Of a stretch of 61,486 nt of DNA, positions 1-8,041 are shown in pieces. The notes beneath the pieces were generated by a model that ran no database searches, was not told the origin of the DNA, and worked only from the letters and a program-made list of their open reading frames with translations. Positions within the stretch are counted from its first letter, which is position 1. Every line of letters begins with the position of its first letter. The position numbers were made by a program, and so were the translations under genes. Source of the stretch: an uncultured Gammaproteobacteria bacterium (lineage in GTDB: Bacteria > Patescibacteriota > Patescibacteriia > Magasanikbacterales > GWA2-37-8); assembly GCA_964511375.1 (NCBI GenBank), contig CAZEEW010000007.1, positions 1 to 61,486 of the forward strand, in the 5' to 3' direction.

Positions 1-65
1 TAACGGCAGGCCCAACTGCTTCAAAAGTGTCTACGATGTATCTCATCTTATTCACATATACATAT

Positions 66-102
66 AAAAAATCCCCCAGAGTATTACCGTGAGGGATTTT
101 TT
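66..102 (-). terminator. possible weak hairpin terminator downstream of hup
   Basis: AAAAAATCCC (66-75) pairs with GGGATTTTTT (93-102). The loop is long (17 nt) and only 3 pairs are G:C. Confidence 0.3.
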
Positions 103-120
103 GGTTGCTTGAAGTGGGAT

Positions 121-396
121 TTACTTTAAAGAATCCTTTAAAGCCTTGCCAGCCTTGAATTTTGGAACTTTCACAGCTGGGATCTGGATCTTTTGAGAAG
201 GGTTTTGTGGATTTACACCAGTGCGAGCGGCACGAGTTTTTACGCTAAAAGCGCCAAAACCAGTCAAAACTACTTCTTCGCCTTTCTTTAAAGAGGAGGT
301 GATTAAGTCTACAAAGGTGTTTAACATGTCTTCTGCTTCACGCTTGGAGACGTTTAACTTCTCTGCTAAGGCTTGAGCTAATTCTGCTTTATTCAT
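121..396 (-). CDS. hup: HU/IHF-family nucleoid-associated DNA-binding protein
   Basis: 91-aa ORF with MNKAELAQALAEK and the GFGAFSVKTRAARTGVNPQN arm region typical of HU. Confidence 0.9.
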   Translation of the reverse strand: MNKAELAQALAEKLNVSKREAEDMLNTFVDLITSSLKKGEEVVLTGFGAFSVKTRAARTGVNPQNPSQKIQIPAVKVPKFKAGKALKDSLK

Positions 397-509
397 AGGG
401 TCACCCCCTTTCTGTATAAAGATAAGGTGCTAGTGGGCTTAAAGCCCGTATTAGCTACTTTAATTATAGCACGCTGCCCATTTTTTGGCTAGATTAACAA
501 ATAAGTTGT

Positions 510-535
510 CCACACCCCACTCGACGGGGGTGTGG
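510..535 (-). terminator. hairpin just downstream of rny
   Basis: CCACACCCC (510-518) pairs with GGGGTGTGG (527-535), a 9-bp perfect stem. The following U-tract on the minus strand is only moderate. Confidence 0.45.
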
Positions 536-541
536 AAACAA

Positions 542-2068
542 TTATTTTGCGTATTCGACCACTCGTGTTTCGCGAATTACGGTAACTCTTATTTCACCAG
601 GGTACTGTAGTTCCTGCTCGATTTTTCTTGCTACATCTTTTGCTAATTGGAAAGCCGAATAATCATCTACTTCATTTGGCTTAACAAAGATACGAACTTC
701 ACGACCGGCTTGAATGGCATATACCTTATCTATACCAGCGAAGGCTGAAGCAGTTTTTTCAATTTCTTCTAAACGAGCGACAAATTGTTCATAACTGTCT
801 TTGCGGGCACCAATTCGTGCGCCGGAAATAGCGTCCGCTGCCTTAACAATGGACGAATAAATGTTATATGGTTTGTCGTCATGGTGGGTTAATGCGGCCT
901 GAGCAACGTCTTCATCCATGTTGAATTTCTTCAAAATCATGTGGCCGATTTCTGGGTGAGAACCTTGGGTCTCCTGATCCACTGCCTTACCTAAGTCATG
1001 GAAGAAGCCGCATTTTTTTGCTTTAGCCTGGTCAAGACCTAATTCACCGGCAATGATGCCGGCAAGGTTTGCTACTTCAAGTGAGTGGTTTAAAATATTT
1101 TGACCGTAACTGGTGCGGTATTTTAAGCGACCGACAATGCTAACAAGTTTAGGGTCAAGACCGGTAACACCAAGTTTGTATAATGCTTCCTCTCCAGCTT
1201 TCTTGATATCTATTGCTAAGTCTTGTTTAGCTTTTTCAATAAACTCTTCAATACGGGCTGGTTGGATACGTCCATCAGCCATGAGTTTTTCCAAAGCTAA
1301 TTTGGCAATCTGGCGACGGATGGGGGAGAAACCCGAGATCATTATAGTCTCTGGTGTGTCGTCAATTACTAGTTCGCAGCCAGTTAGTTTCTCAATGGTT
1401 TTAATATTACGACCTTCTTTACCAATGATACGTCCTTTCATTTCATCGTTTGGCAAAGTAACGATTGAAGAAGTCGTTTCGCTGGCGTGTGAAGAGGCCA
1501 TACGTTGAATGGCGTCCATGATAATTTCCCGGGCTTTTTCCTCGAACACTTCAGAAGATTCCTTCTCTAATTTTATGATTCGCCCCATGAGATCTTCCTT
1601 GCTTTGATTTTCAACTTGTTGTAATAGTTCAGCCTTCGCTTCGTCGCGACTTAAACCAGCGACTTGTTGTAGTTTAACTACTTGTTCTTCTTTAACCTTC
1701 TCTATTTCCGTCTTAATCTGTTGAACGCGTTCGATTTTTTCTTGCAGCTTTTGTTGTTTGTCTTGAAACTCTAAGAGCTTTTGGTCAAACATACTTTCAC
1801 GCTTCTCTAATCTTTGTTGAGCAGACAGCGCATTTTGACGAATTTGTTTTTCTTCCCGTTTGGCTTCATCCAGAGTTTGAACTGCTTTTTCTTTGGCTTC
1901 CAAAATAATTTCTTGATGTTTAGTTTTAGCCTCAGTCAAAATCTTCTCAGCCTTAGCTTCTAGGGAGTTGACCTGGGCCTGAGCAATTTTCTTGCGCAGG
2001 TAGTAGCCCAAGGCTCCACCAACTACTAACCCGCCAAGGGTTAGTCCAATTGTTAAATACTCTGACAT
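542..2068 (-). CDS. rny: ribonuclease Y
   Basis: 508 aa with an N-terminal TM helix and a long E/K/Q-rich coiled coil. KH motif GRIIGKEGRNIK and HD domain (HSLEVA...FFHDLGK) are present. Confidence 0.9.
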   Translation of the reverse strand: MSEYLTIGLTLGGLVVGGALGYYLRKKIAQAQVNSLEAKAEKILTEAKTKHQEIILEAKEKAVQTLDEAKREEKQIRQNALSAQQRLEKRESMFDQKLLEFQDKQQKLQEKIERVQQIKTEIEKVKEEQVVKLQQVAGLSRDEAKAELLQQVENQSKEDLMGRIIKLEKESSEVFEEKAREIIMDAIQRMASSHASETTSSIVTLPNDEMKGRIIGKEGRNIKTIEKLTGCELVIDDTPETIMISGFSPIRRQIAKLALEKLMADGRIQPARIEEFIEKAKQDLAIDIKKAGEEALYKLGVTGLDPKLVSIVGRLKYRTSYGQNILNHSLEVANLAGIIAGELGLDQAKAKKCGFFHDLGKAVDQETQGSHPEIGHMILKKFNMDEDVAQAALTHHDDKPYNIYSSIVKAADAISGARIGARKDSYEQFVARLEEIEKTASAFAGIDKVYAIQAGREVRIFVKPNEVDDYSAFQLAKDVARKIEQELQYPGEIRVTVIRETRVVEYAK

Positions 2069-2421
2069 AATAAAAAATCCTCAAGATTGAGGAGTGTGAT
2101 GCCACCAGGCGAAAACAGTTAATTTTAGCGTAAATTAAAACACCCGAGGCGCAGAAAAGTGCGATTTTGCTTGTTTTTTTCGAAGAATTTGTTTCGAATT
2201 GTTGGTGTTCATAATTTCTTTTCCGATCGCAGACTATCCGGTTTTTGGCTAAAATATAAACTAATTTCATTCGCAGACTGGTGGGACGATCTCATCCCTC
2301 AATCATTAAAATATATTAATATAGCTATATACTAGCATAAATGGGCTAAAGTGTCAATTTGGCTACATAACGGGGCTTCTCGTCTTGCTAAATCGATGTA
2401 AATTGGTTAAACTGTTCGGGT

Positions 2422-3090
2422 ATGAAAGACTTTGTTTTAATCAATAAACCAGTCAGTTGGACCAGCTTCGATGTGGTCGCCTATATAAGGAATAGGATTC
2501 GGGCGACTAGTTCAGAAAATAGTAAGATAAAAGTTGGCCATGCTGGGACGCTTGACCCATTTGCTTCCGGCTTGCTTATCGTCGGCATTGGACGGGAAGC
2601 AACCAAAAGAATTGATGAGTTTAAGGTTTTGCCAAAGACCTATATCGCCACTATTGAGTTGGGGGCAGTTTCTGACACCTTAGATTCAACTGGTAATATT
2701 ATTCAAAAGGCTGTTCCGGAAAGCGAGCGTCCAGATTTTGAGATGATTGAAAGATTAACAAAAAAGTTTGTTGGTAAACAATTCCAAGTGCCGCCGATGT
2801 ATTCAGCCAAGAAGGTCAGTGGAAAAAGATTGTACATGCTAGCCCGGCAGGGGGAAGAAATAAAACGTGACCCCGTGGAAATCGAAATATATAATCTCAA
2901 GATTATAGATTATACTTGGCCGATCCTGAAAATCGAAGTCACTTGCTCAGCCGGTACATACATTCGTACCCTGGCGGATGATTTAGGTCGCAAATTGGGG
3001 GTCGGGGCATTCTGTAAAGAACTGATTCGTACAGCAATCGGCGATTACCATGTACAGGAGTCGGTTAGTCCAAAGGATTTTTTGCTCTAA
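2422..3090 (+). CDS. truB: tRNA pseudouridine(55) synthase TruB
   Basis: 222 aa with the catalytic-Asp motif GHAGTLDPFASGLL and typical TruB order. Confidence 0.9.
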   Translation: MKDFVLINKPVSWTSFDVVAYIRNRIRATSSENSKIKVGHAGTLDPFASGLLIVGIGREATKRIDEFKVLPKTYIATIELGAVSDTLDSTGNIIQKAVPESERPDFEMIERLTKKFVGKQFQVPPMYSAKKVSGKRLYMLARQGEEIKRDPVEIEIYNLKIIDYTWPILKIEVTCSAGTYIRTLADDLGRKLGVGAFCKELIRTAIGDYHVQESVSPKDFLL

Positions 3091-3130
3091 ATTTGACTTT
3101 TGGAACTTAAAGAGTATAATGTACGTTACT

Positions 3131-5146
3131 ATGAACGTAAGTGAACTAGCTAGACAACTCAAAATCCATCCCCAGAAGCTCTTACAAATTTTGCCTGAGT
3201 TTGGTTTTGACATCGGTGCTCGCGCTGTGAAGATTGATGACCGAGTTGCCCAGCAGGTTATCCGTTCTTGGAAGCGTATTAAATACGCACTTGAACAAAA
3301 AGATCGTGCGGAAAAAGAAAAACAAAAGGAACTAGAAAAAGAAATGCGTCGAGAGACTGGTGCCAAAGTTACGATTCCGGCTAAGTTAACTGTAAAAGAA
3401 TTCGCCGGTTTAATGCAGGTGCCAGTTAACAAGCTGATCTTAGAGTTAATGAAGAATGGCATCCTTGCTGGTCAAAACGAAAACATTGACCATGATACCG
3501 CGGTAATAGTCGCCGAAGAAATGGGTTTCCAAGTTGCTGATGGGGAAGTTGCTGACGGAGAAACAGAAACCACCGAGCATATCGCAAAATTAGAAAGTAT
3601 TTTAACGCAAAATGCAACGGTGATTCGTCCACCAGTTATTGTCGTTATGGGTCATGTTGATCACGGTAAAACAAAATTATTGGATGCTATTCGTAGCACG
3701 GATGTTGTTGCGGGTGAGGCTGGTGGTATCACCCAACATATTGGTGCTTACCAAGTAGTCTGGGCTAATCCTAATACTAAAGAAAAAAGAAAAATTACTT
3801 TTATTGATACTCCAGGCCACGAAGCCTTTACTGTTATGCGTAGCCGTGGTGCTAAGGTGGCCGATATCGCCATTTTGGTTGTCGCCGCTGATGACGGTGT
3901 TAAACCACAAACAGTTGAAGCCATTAACATTATTAAAGCGGCTAAACTACCAGCAGTTGTCGCAATTAACAAAATAGATAAAGAAGGGGCTGATCCAGAA
4001 CGTGTTAGAAATGAACTTGCCCAATACAACATTATTTCTGAAGCGTGGGGCGGTGATACACCGATGGTGGAAATTTCCGCCAAGCAGAATTTAAATATAG
4101 ATAAATTGTTAGACAATTTACTCGTCGTCGCTGATGTGCACGAAGATACCATTAAAGCTGATCCCGATCGTGCCGCTGCTGGGACGGTCATTGAAGCCCG
4201 AGTTGACAAAGGTGAAGGTCCGGTTGCAACCATCTTAGTTCAAACTGGTACTTTAAATAATAATGATCCGTTAATTATCAATGGTCAAATCTATGGTAAG
4301 GTTCGGGCCATGAAAAATTATTTAGGCGAACCAATGCCTAGCGCTTTGCCGTCAACTCCAGTACGTATTTTAGGTTTCAAAGTTGCTCCGCAAGTTGGTG
4401 ATGTCTTAGATTTAAGTCAGGCCGGAAGCGCCGTGCAGGTTGACCTGCGAGCTAAACGCACACTACAAACTGGCGCTGAACAAAAAGTTGCCCAAGCAGG
4501 AGGGGATAATGAGGAAGAGGGTAAGAAAACTCTGAATCTTGTTGTTAAGGCTGACGTGCTTGGTTCTTTAGAGGCGATTATTGGTTCATTGGAAAAGTTA
4601 AAAAACGAAGAAGTAAGCGTTAAAATCGTGGGAAAAGGTTTGGGCAATATTACTGCCGATGATGTTACCTTGGCCGAAACAACCGGCGCACAAGTTTTTG
4701 CCTTTAATGTATCTACTAGTCCAATTGCCGACGAAATGATTCGTGACCGTAATGTTGAATACAGCCAGTACCGCGTTATTTACGATCTAATAGATAAAGT
4801 CAAAGAAGATTTAACGAAACTTTTAAATCCACAAAAAATCGTGACTGAACTTGGTGTGTTTACTGTTAAAGCTATTTTCCGCACTGACAAGAATTTTATG
4901 ATTGTGGGTGGTTCAGTAGATCAAGGCAAATTACTAAAAGATTGTAAAGTACGAGTCAAGCAAAAAGGTCAGGCTGTTGGTCAAGGGAAGCTCAGCCAGT
5001 TACAGGTTGGTAAACAAAGTATGAACGAAATCCCGGCTGGAACAGAATGCGGTGTGCAGTTTGATGGTAAATTAAAGCTTGAAGTTGGTGATCAGCTGGA
5101 AGCTTACAAGGAAGAAACTAAAGAACGTAAGTTGGAATTAAGTTAA
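3131..5146 (+). CDS. infB: translation initiation factor IF-2
   Basis: GTPase motifs GHVDHGKT, DTPGH and NKID, plus an IF2-N-like start MNVSELARQL. The tracked ORF begins at 3050, inside truB. ATG 3119 is an alternative start. Confidence 0.9.
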   Translation: MNVSELARQLKIHPQKLLQILPEFGFDIGARAVKIDDRVAQQVIRSWKRIKYALEQKDRAEKEKQKELEKEMRRETGAKVTIPAKLTVKEFAGLMQVPVNKLILELMKNGILAGQNENIDHDTAVIVAEEMGFQVADGEVADGETETTEHIAKLESILTQNATVIRPPVIVVMGHVDHGKTKLLDAIRSTDVVAGEAGGITQHIGAYQVVWANPNTKEKRKITFIDTPGHEAFTVMRSRGAKVADIAILVVAADDGVKPQTVEAINIIKAAKLPAVVAINKIDKEGADPERVRNELAQYNIISEAWGGDTPMVEISAKQNLNIDKLLDNLLVVADVHEDTIKADPDRAAAGTVIEARVDKGEGPVATILVQTGTLNNNDPLIINGQIYGKVRAMKNYLGEPMPSALPSTPVRILGFKVAPQVGDVLDLSQAGSAVQVDLRAKRTLQTGAEQKVAQAGGDNEEEGKKTLNLVVKADVLGSLEAIIGSLEKLKNEEVSVKIVGKGLGNITADDVTLAETTGAQVFAFNVSTSPIADEMIRDRNVEYSQYRVIYDLIDKVKEDLTKLLNPQKIVTELGVFTVKAIFRTDKNFMIVGGSVDQGKLLKDCKVRVKQKGQAVGQGKLSQLQVGKQSMNEIPAGTECGVQFDGKLKLEVGDQLEAYKEETKERKLELS

Positions 5147-5203
5147 ATTTTGAGAAGTGGGGGAATTGTATTTCATTATTTCTTAATATTTAACTTTTTT
5201 AAT

Positions 5204-5527
5204 ATGGAGCATACTTTTACTGATGCTAATTTTAAAGAAGAGGTGTTGTCTTCTTCCACTCCGGTATTTGTAGATTTTTGGGCACCTTGGTGTGGCCCTT
5301 GTCAGATGATGGGTCCAATTGTTGAGACTATGGCGGAAGAATATGCTGGTAAAAATATTAAAATTGGCAAATTGAATGTGGATGAAAACAATGATACTGC
5401 TAGCCAATACAATGTCATGAGTATCCCGACTTTTCTTCTCTTTAAGGATGGTCAAGTGGTTGACCAAGTAGTTGGGGGCGTACAAAAGGAACGTCTCCAA
5501 GAAATGATCAACAAATACATCTCTTAA
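5204..5527 (+). CDS. trxA: thioredoxin
   Basis: WCGPC active site and a ~107-aa thioredoxin fold from ATG 5204 (MEHTFTDANF). The upstream part of the tracked ORF looks non-coding. Confidence 0.9.
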   Translation: MEHTFTDANFKEEVLSSSTPVFVDFWAPWCGPCQMMGPIVETMAEEYAGKNIKIGKLNVDENNDTASQYNVMSIPTFLLFKDGQVVDQVVGGVQKERLQEMINKYIS

Positions 5528-5547
5528 TTATTTTTAACCTTGCTTCT

Positions 5548-6498
5548 ATGCACAAAGGTTTAAAAATTGGTCTGGGGCTTGTTGTCCTAGTAGTTTTAGT
5601 ATTGGTCGTTGGCACTGCTACAAAATATGTTGTACGTCTCGGAGAGGCTGTTGAAGAAAGTCAATTCTATGCCTATGACACGGACAGTGGTTTAACTGAA
5701 TCAGCGGGGGGAGTCTCTTTTGGTGTTAGCCCAAAAGCTAGTGTGCCACCCTCTGCCAGAGAGGGATATAAAGTAGGGGCGCAACCAGGGGACGATGGAG
5801 CAAGGAACGAAGCAATAGAGCGTTTAATAATAAAGTCAGCGGAAGTCGCGGTAGTGGTTGAAGATGTGCCAGCAGCTGTTAAAATAGTTAGTGACTATGC
5901 TGAGAAAAACGGTGGTTTTGTTGTTACGAGTAATGTATATAAAAGTGGCATCTCCCCTGTTGGTCGTATTAAGATTCGCATCCCAGTTAATAAGTTTGAT
6001 GAGGGTTTAAATAATTTGAAGTCAATAGGCGAAGTGCAGAGCCAAAGTATCGATGGCGAGGATGTGACAGAACAATATGTCGACCTCGAAGCACGACTCC
6101 GAAATATGCGCGCGAGCGAAAGTCAATTTTTAAAGATATTATCTCAAGCAACGAAAATTACTGACATCTTGGCTGTTCAATCAGAATTGAATCGTGTGCG
6201 TTTAGATATTGAGAGTATGGAAGGGAAAATGAAGTTCTTACGACAGAGTGCAGATTTGTCTAGTATTGAAGTTAGTCTTTCCACTGATCCAGATAACTTA
6301 CCAGCCTTTGAAGATAAAAATACGTGGAAACCTTTAGCGGTTCTAAAAAATGCTGTTCGTGGTTTGTTAGGTTTTGGCAAAGGGTTAGTTAATGTTTTGA
6401 TCTGGCTGGTTGTCTTTATCCCTCTTTGGTTATTAATCGCTTTAATTATTTGGGTTGTTGTGCGTCAGTACAATAAAAGGAGAGCTAATCGAATTTAA
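5548..6498 (+). CDS. membrane-anchored protein, DUF4349-like
   Basis: 316 aa with N- and C-terminal TM helices. The central region with coiled-coil stretches resembles the DUF4349 family from memory; not verified. Confidence 0.5.
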   Translation: MHKGLKIGLGLVVLVVLVLVVGTATKYVVRLGEAVEESQFYAYDTDSGLTESAGGVSFGVSPKASVPPSAREGYKVGAQPGDDGARNEAIERLIIKSAEVAVVVEDVPAAVKIVSDYAEKNGGFVVTSNVYKSGISPVGRIKIRIPVNKFDEGLNNLKSIGEVQSQSIDGEDVTEQYVDLEARLRNMRASESQFLKILSQATKITDILAVQSELNRVRLDIESMEGKMKFLRQSADLSSIEVSLSTDPDNLPAFEDKNTWKPLAVLKNAVRGLLGFGKGLVNVLIWLVVFIPLWLLIALIIWVVVRQYNKRRANRI

Positions 6499-6500
6499 CT

Positions 6501-7742
6501 ATGTCAGAAAGTGCTTTTGCTAATGCTTTAACTCAGTTGGAGAAGTCAGCCAAGATTTTGAATCTGCCAGCTTCTGTCCATGATCAGTTAAAACAACCGC
6601 AGCGTTTGTTAACTGTTTCTATTCCAGTTCGGATGGATAATGGTTCTTTGCGAGTGTTTACTGGGTACCGCAGTCAATACAACAACGCCCGTGGTCCTTT
6701 TAAGGGAGGTATTCGTTATCACTGGAATGTTTCAGAAGATGAAGTAAAAGCACTGTCTTTTTGGATGACGATGAAATGCGCAACAGTTGGAATTCCGTTG
6801 GGTGGAGGTAAGGGGGGAGTCATTGTAAATCCGAAAGAACTGTCTAAAGGTGAATTAGAGCGTCTTTCTCGCGGATATATTCAAGCCCTTTACAAATATC
6901 TAGGGCCTACTGAAGATGTGCCGGCCCCGGATGTATATACCACACCAGAAATAATGGGCTGGATGCTAGATGAATACGAAAAACTAGTTGGTCATCATGC
7001 ACCAGGCATGATCACTGGTAAGCCCCTGTCTATTGGTGGTTCAGCTGGACGCGGTTTCTCAACTGCACAAGGTGGTGTTTATGTCCTTGAAGAAGCAATG
7101 GCCAAATTAGGAAAGAAAAGAGAAGAAACCACAGTTGCAATCCAGGGCTTTGGTAATGCTGGTAGTTTCATGGCCAAAATTTTAAACGATCTTGGTTACA
7201 AGATTGTAGCTGTGAGTGATTCTCGTGGTGGTGTAAAATCTGAAACAAAATTAGATATTACTGCCCTGTCTAAGTTTAAAGAGGAAACTGGTGGGGTTAG
7301 TTCTTTCCCTGGTACCGACTCCGTGTCTAATGATGAACTTTTGGAATTAGACGTAGATGTTTTGATCCCCGCCGCCTTAGAGAATCAGATCACTGCCGCC
7401 AATGCAGATAAAGTAAAAGCTAAGATCGTGGCCGAATTGGCTAATGGCCCGACCACTCCTGAAGCTGACGATATATTATTCCGTAATGGTGTCTTACTAA
7501 TCCCAGATATCTTAACCAATGCTGGTGGTGTAACTGTTTCATACTTTGAGCAAGTACAGAATGCTTACAATCATTATTGGACTGAAGAAGAGGTTTTGAC
7601 TAAATTAAAAAAGATCATGGTTGATTCCTTCCAAGCGATTTGGGAAAAGAAAGAAAAATACCAAATTGACCTGCGTACGGCCGCTTTTGTTCTTGCGGTC
7701 GAGCGGGTGGCTAACGCTATGAAGGACCGGGGGAGAGGATAA
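6501..7742 (+). CDS. gdhA: Glu/Leu/Phe/Val-family glutamate dehydrogenase
   Basis: 413 aa with GPFKGGIRYH, the catalytic-Lys region GGGKGG and the Rossmann motif GFGNAG. Confidence 0.85.
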   Translation: MSESAFANALTQLEKSAKILNLPASVHDQLKQPQRLLTVSIPVRMDNGSLRVFTGYRSQYNNARGPFKGGIRYHWNVSEDEVKALSFWMTMKCATVGIPLGGGKGGVIVNPKELSKGELERLSRGYIQALYKYLGPTEDVPAPDVYTTPEIMGWMLDEYEKLVGHHAPGMITGKPLSIGGSAGRGFSTAQGGVYVLEEAMAKLGKKREETTVAIQGFGNAGSFMAKILNDLGYKIVAVSDSRGGVKSETKLDITALSKFKEETGGVSSFPGTDSVSNDELLELDVDVLIPAALENQITAANADKVKAKIVAELANGPTTPEADDILFRNGVLLIPDILTNAGGVTVSYFEQVQNAYNHYWTEEEVLTKLKKIMVDSFQAIWEKKEKYQIDLRTAAFVLAVERVANAMKDRGRG

Positions 7743-7756
7743 GAGAGAAAAAATAA

Positions 7757-7789
7757 CCCTGCACCAGAGAAGTGCAGGGTTTTGTTTTT
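7757..7789 (+). terminator. intrinsic terminator of gdh
   Basis: CCCTGCAC (7757-7764) pairs with GTGCAGGG (7772-7779), followed by TTTTGTTTTT. Confidence 0.75.
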
Positions 7790-7915
7790 ACGGGTACAGG
7801 GTCTCGTCAGTAGAGACCCTGGAACTCATGGGTAGGCGCGAGTTACGCGCTGGACTAATCAAGCACTGGGCTTGATCAATCACTTTGCACGCTTGACTCA
7901 AGCGGCCTACCGGGA
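7790..7915. other. GC-rich multi-hairpin element (candidate small RNA or leuS leader)
   Basis: Four nested or adjacent perfect stems; see the finding for this region. Strand and identity are unknown. Confidence 0.3.
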
Positions 7916-8041
7916 AAATATCGTAAAGATAACTGACAACCTTATTTAGACATGCTTTTACAAATTTGTCTAGATTCTAATGTGGATACTTGCTTTTTAG
8001 GCCTAGTTTGGGTAAGATACTTTTACTTGAATGCTAAAATT

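Noticed and set aside
1113-1508. 131-aa plus-strand ORF inside rny. It stands for similar antisense ORFs at 2703-2900, 3748-4233, 22291-22776, 41047-41457, 49741-50067 and others.
   Set aside because: Each is fully embedded antisense in a strongly recognisable conserved gene, and the composition is odd (Ser/Pro/Ile-rich). These are typical shadow ORFs.
7952-8041. 30-codon upstream extension of the LeuRS ORF.
   Set aside because: The residues are hydrophobic and odd and do not resemble a LeuRS N-terminus. Conserved LeuRS sequence starts at MKKYNPKDIEKKW (ATG 8042).
7790-8041. T-box riboswitch upstream of leuS.
   Set aside because: I looked for the conserved T-box sequence (AATTAGGGTGGTACCGCG-like) and for a terminator/antiterminator pair next to the start codon and found neither. 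The structured element is kept only as an unclassified finding.
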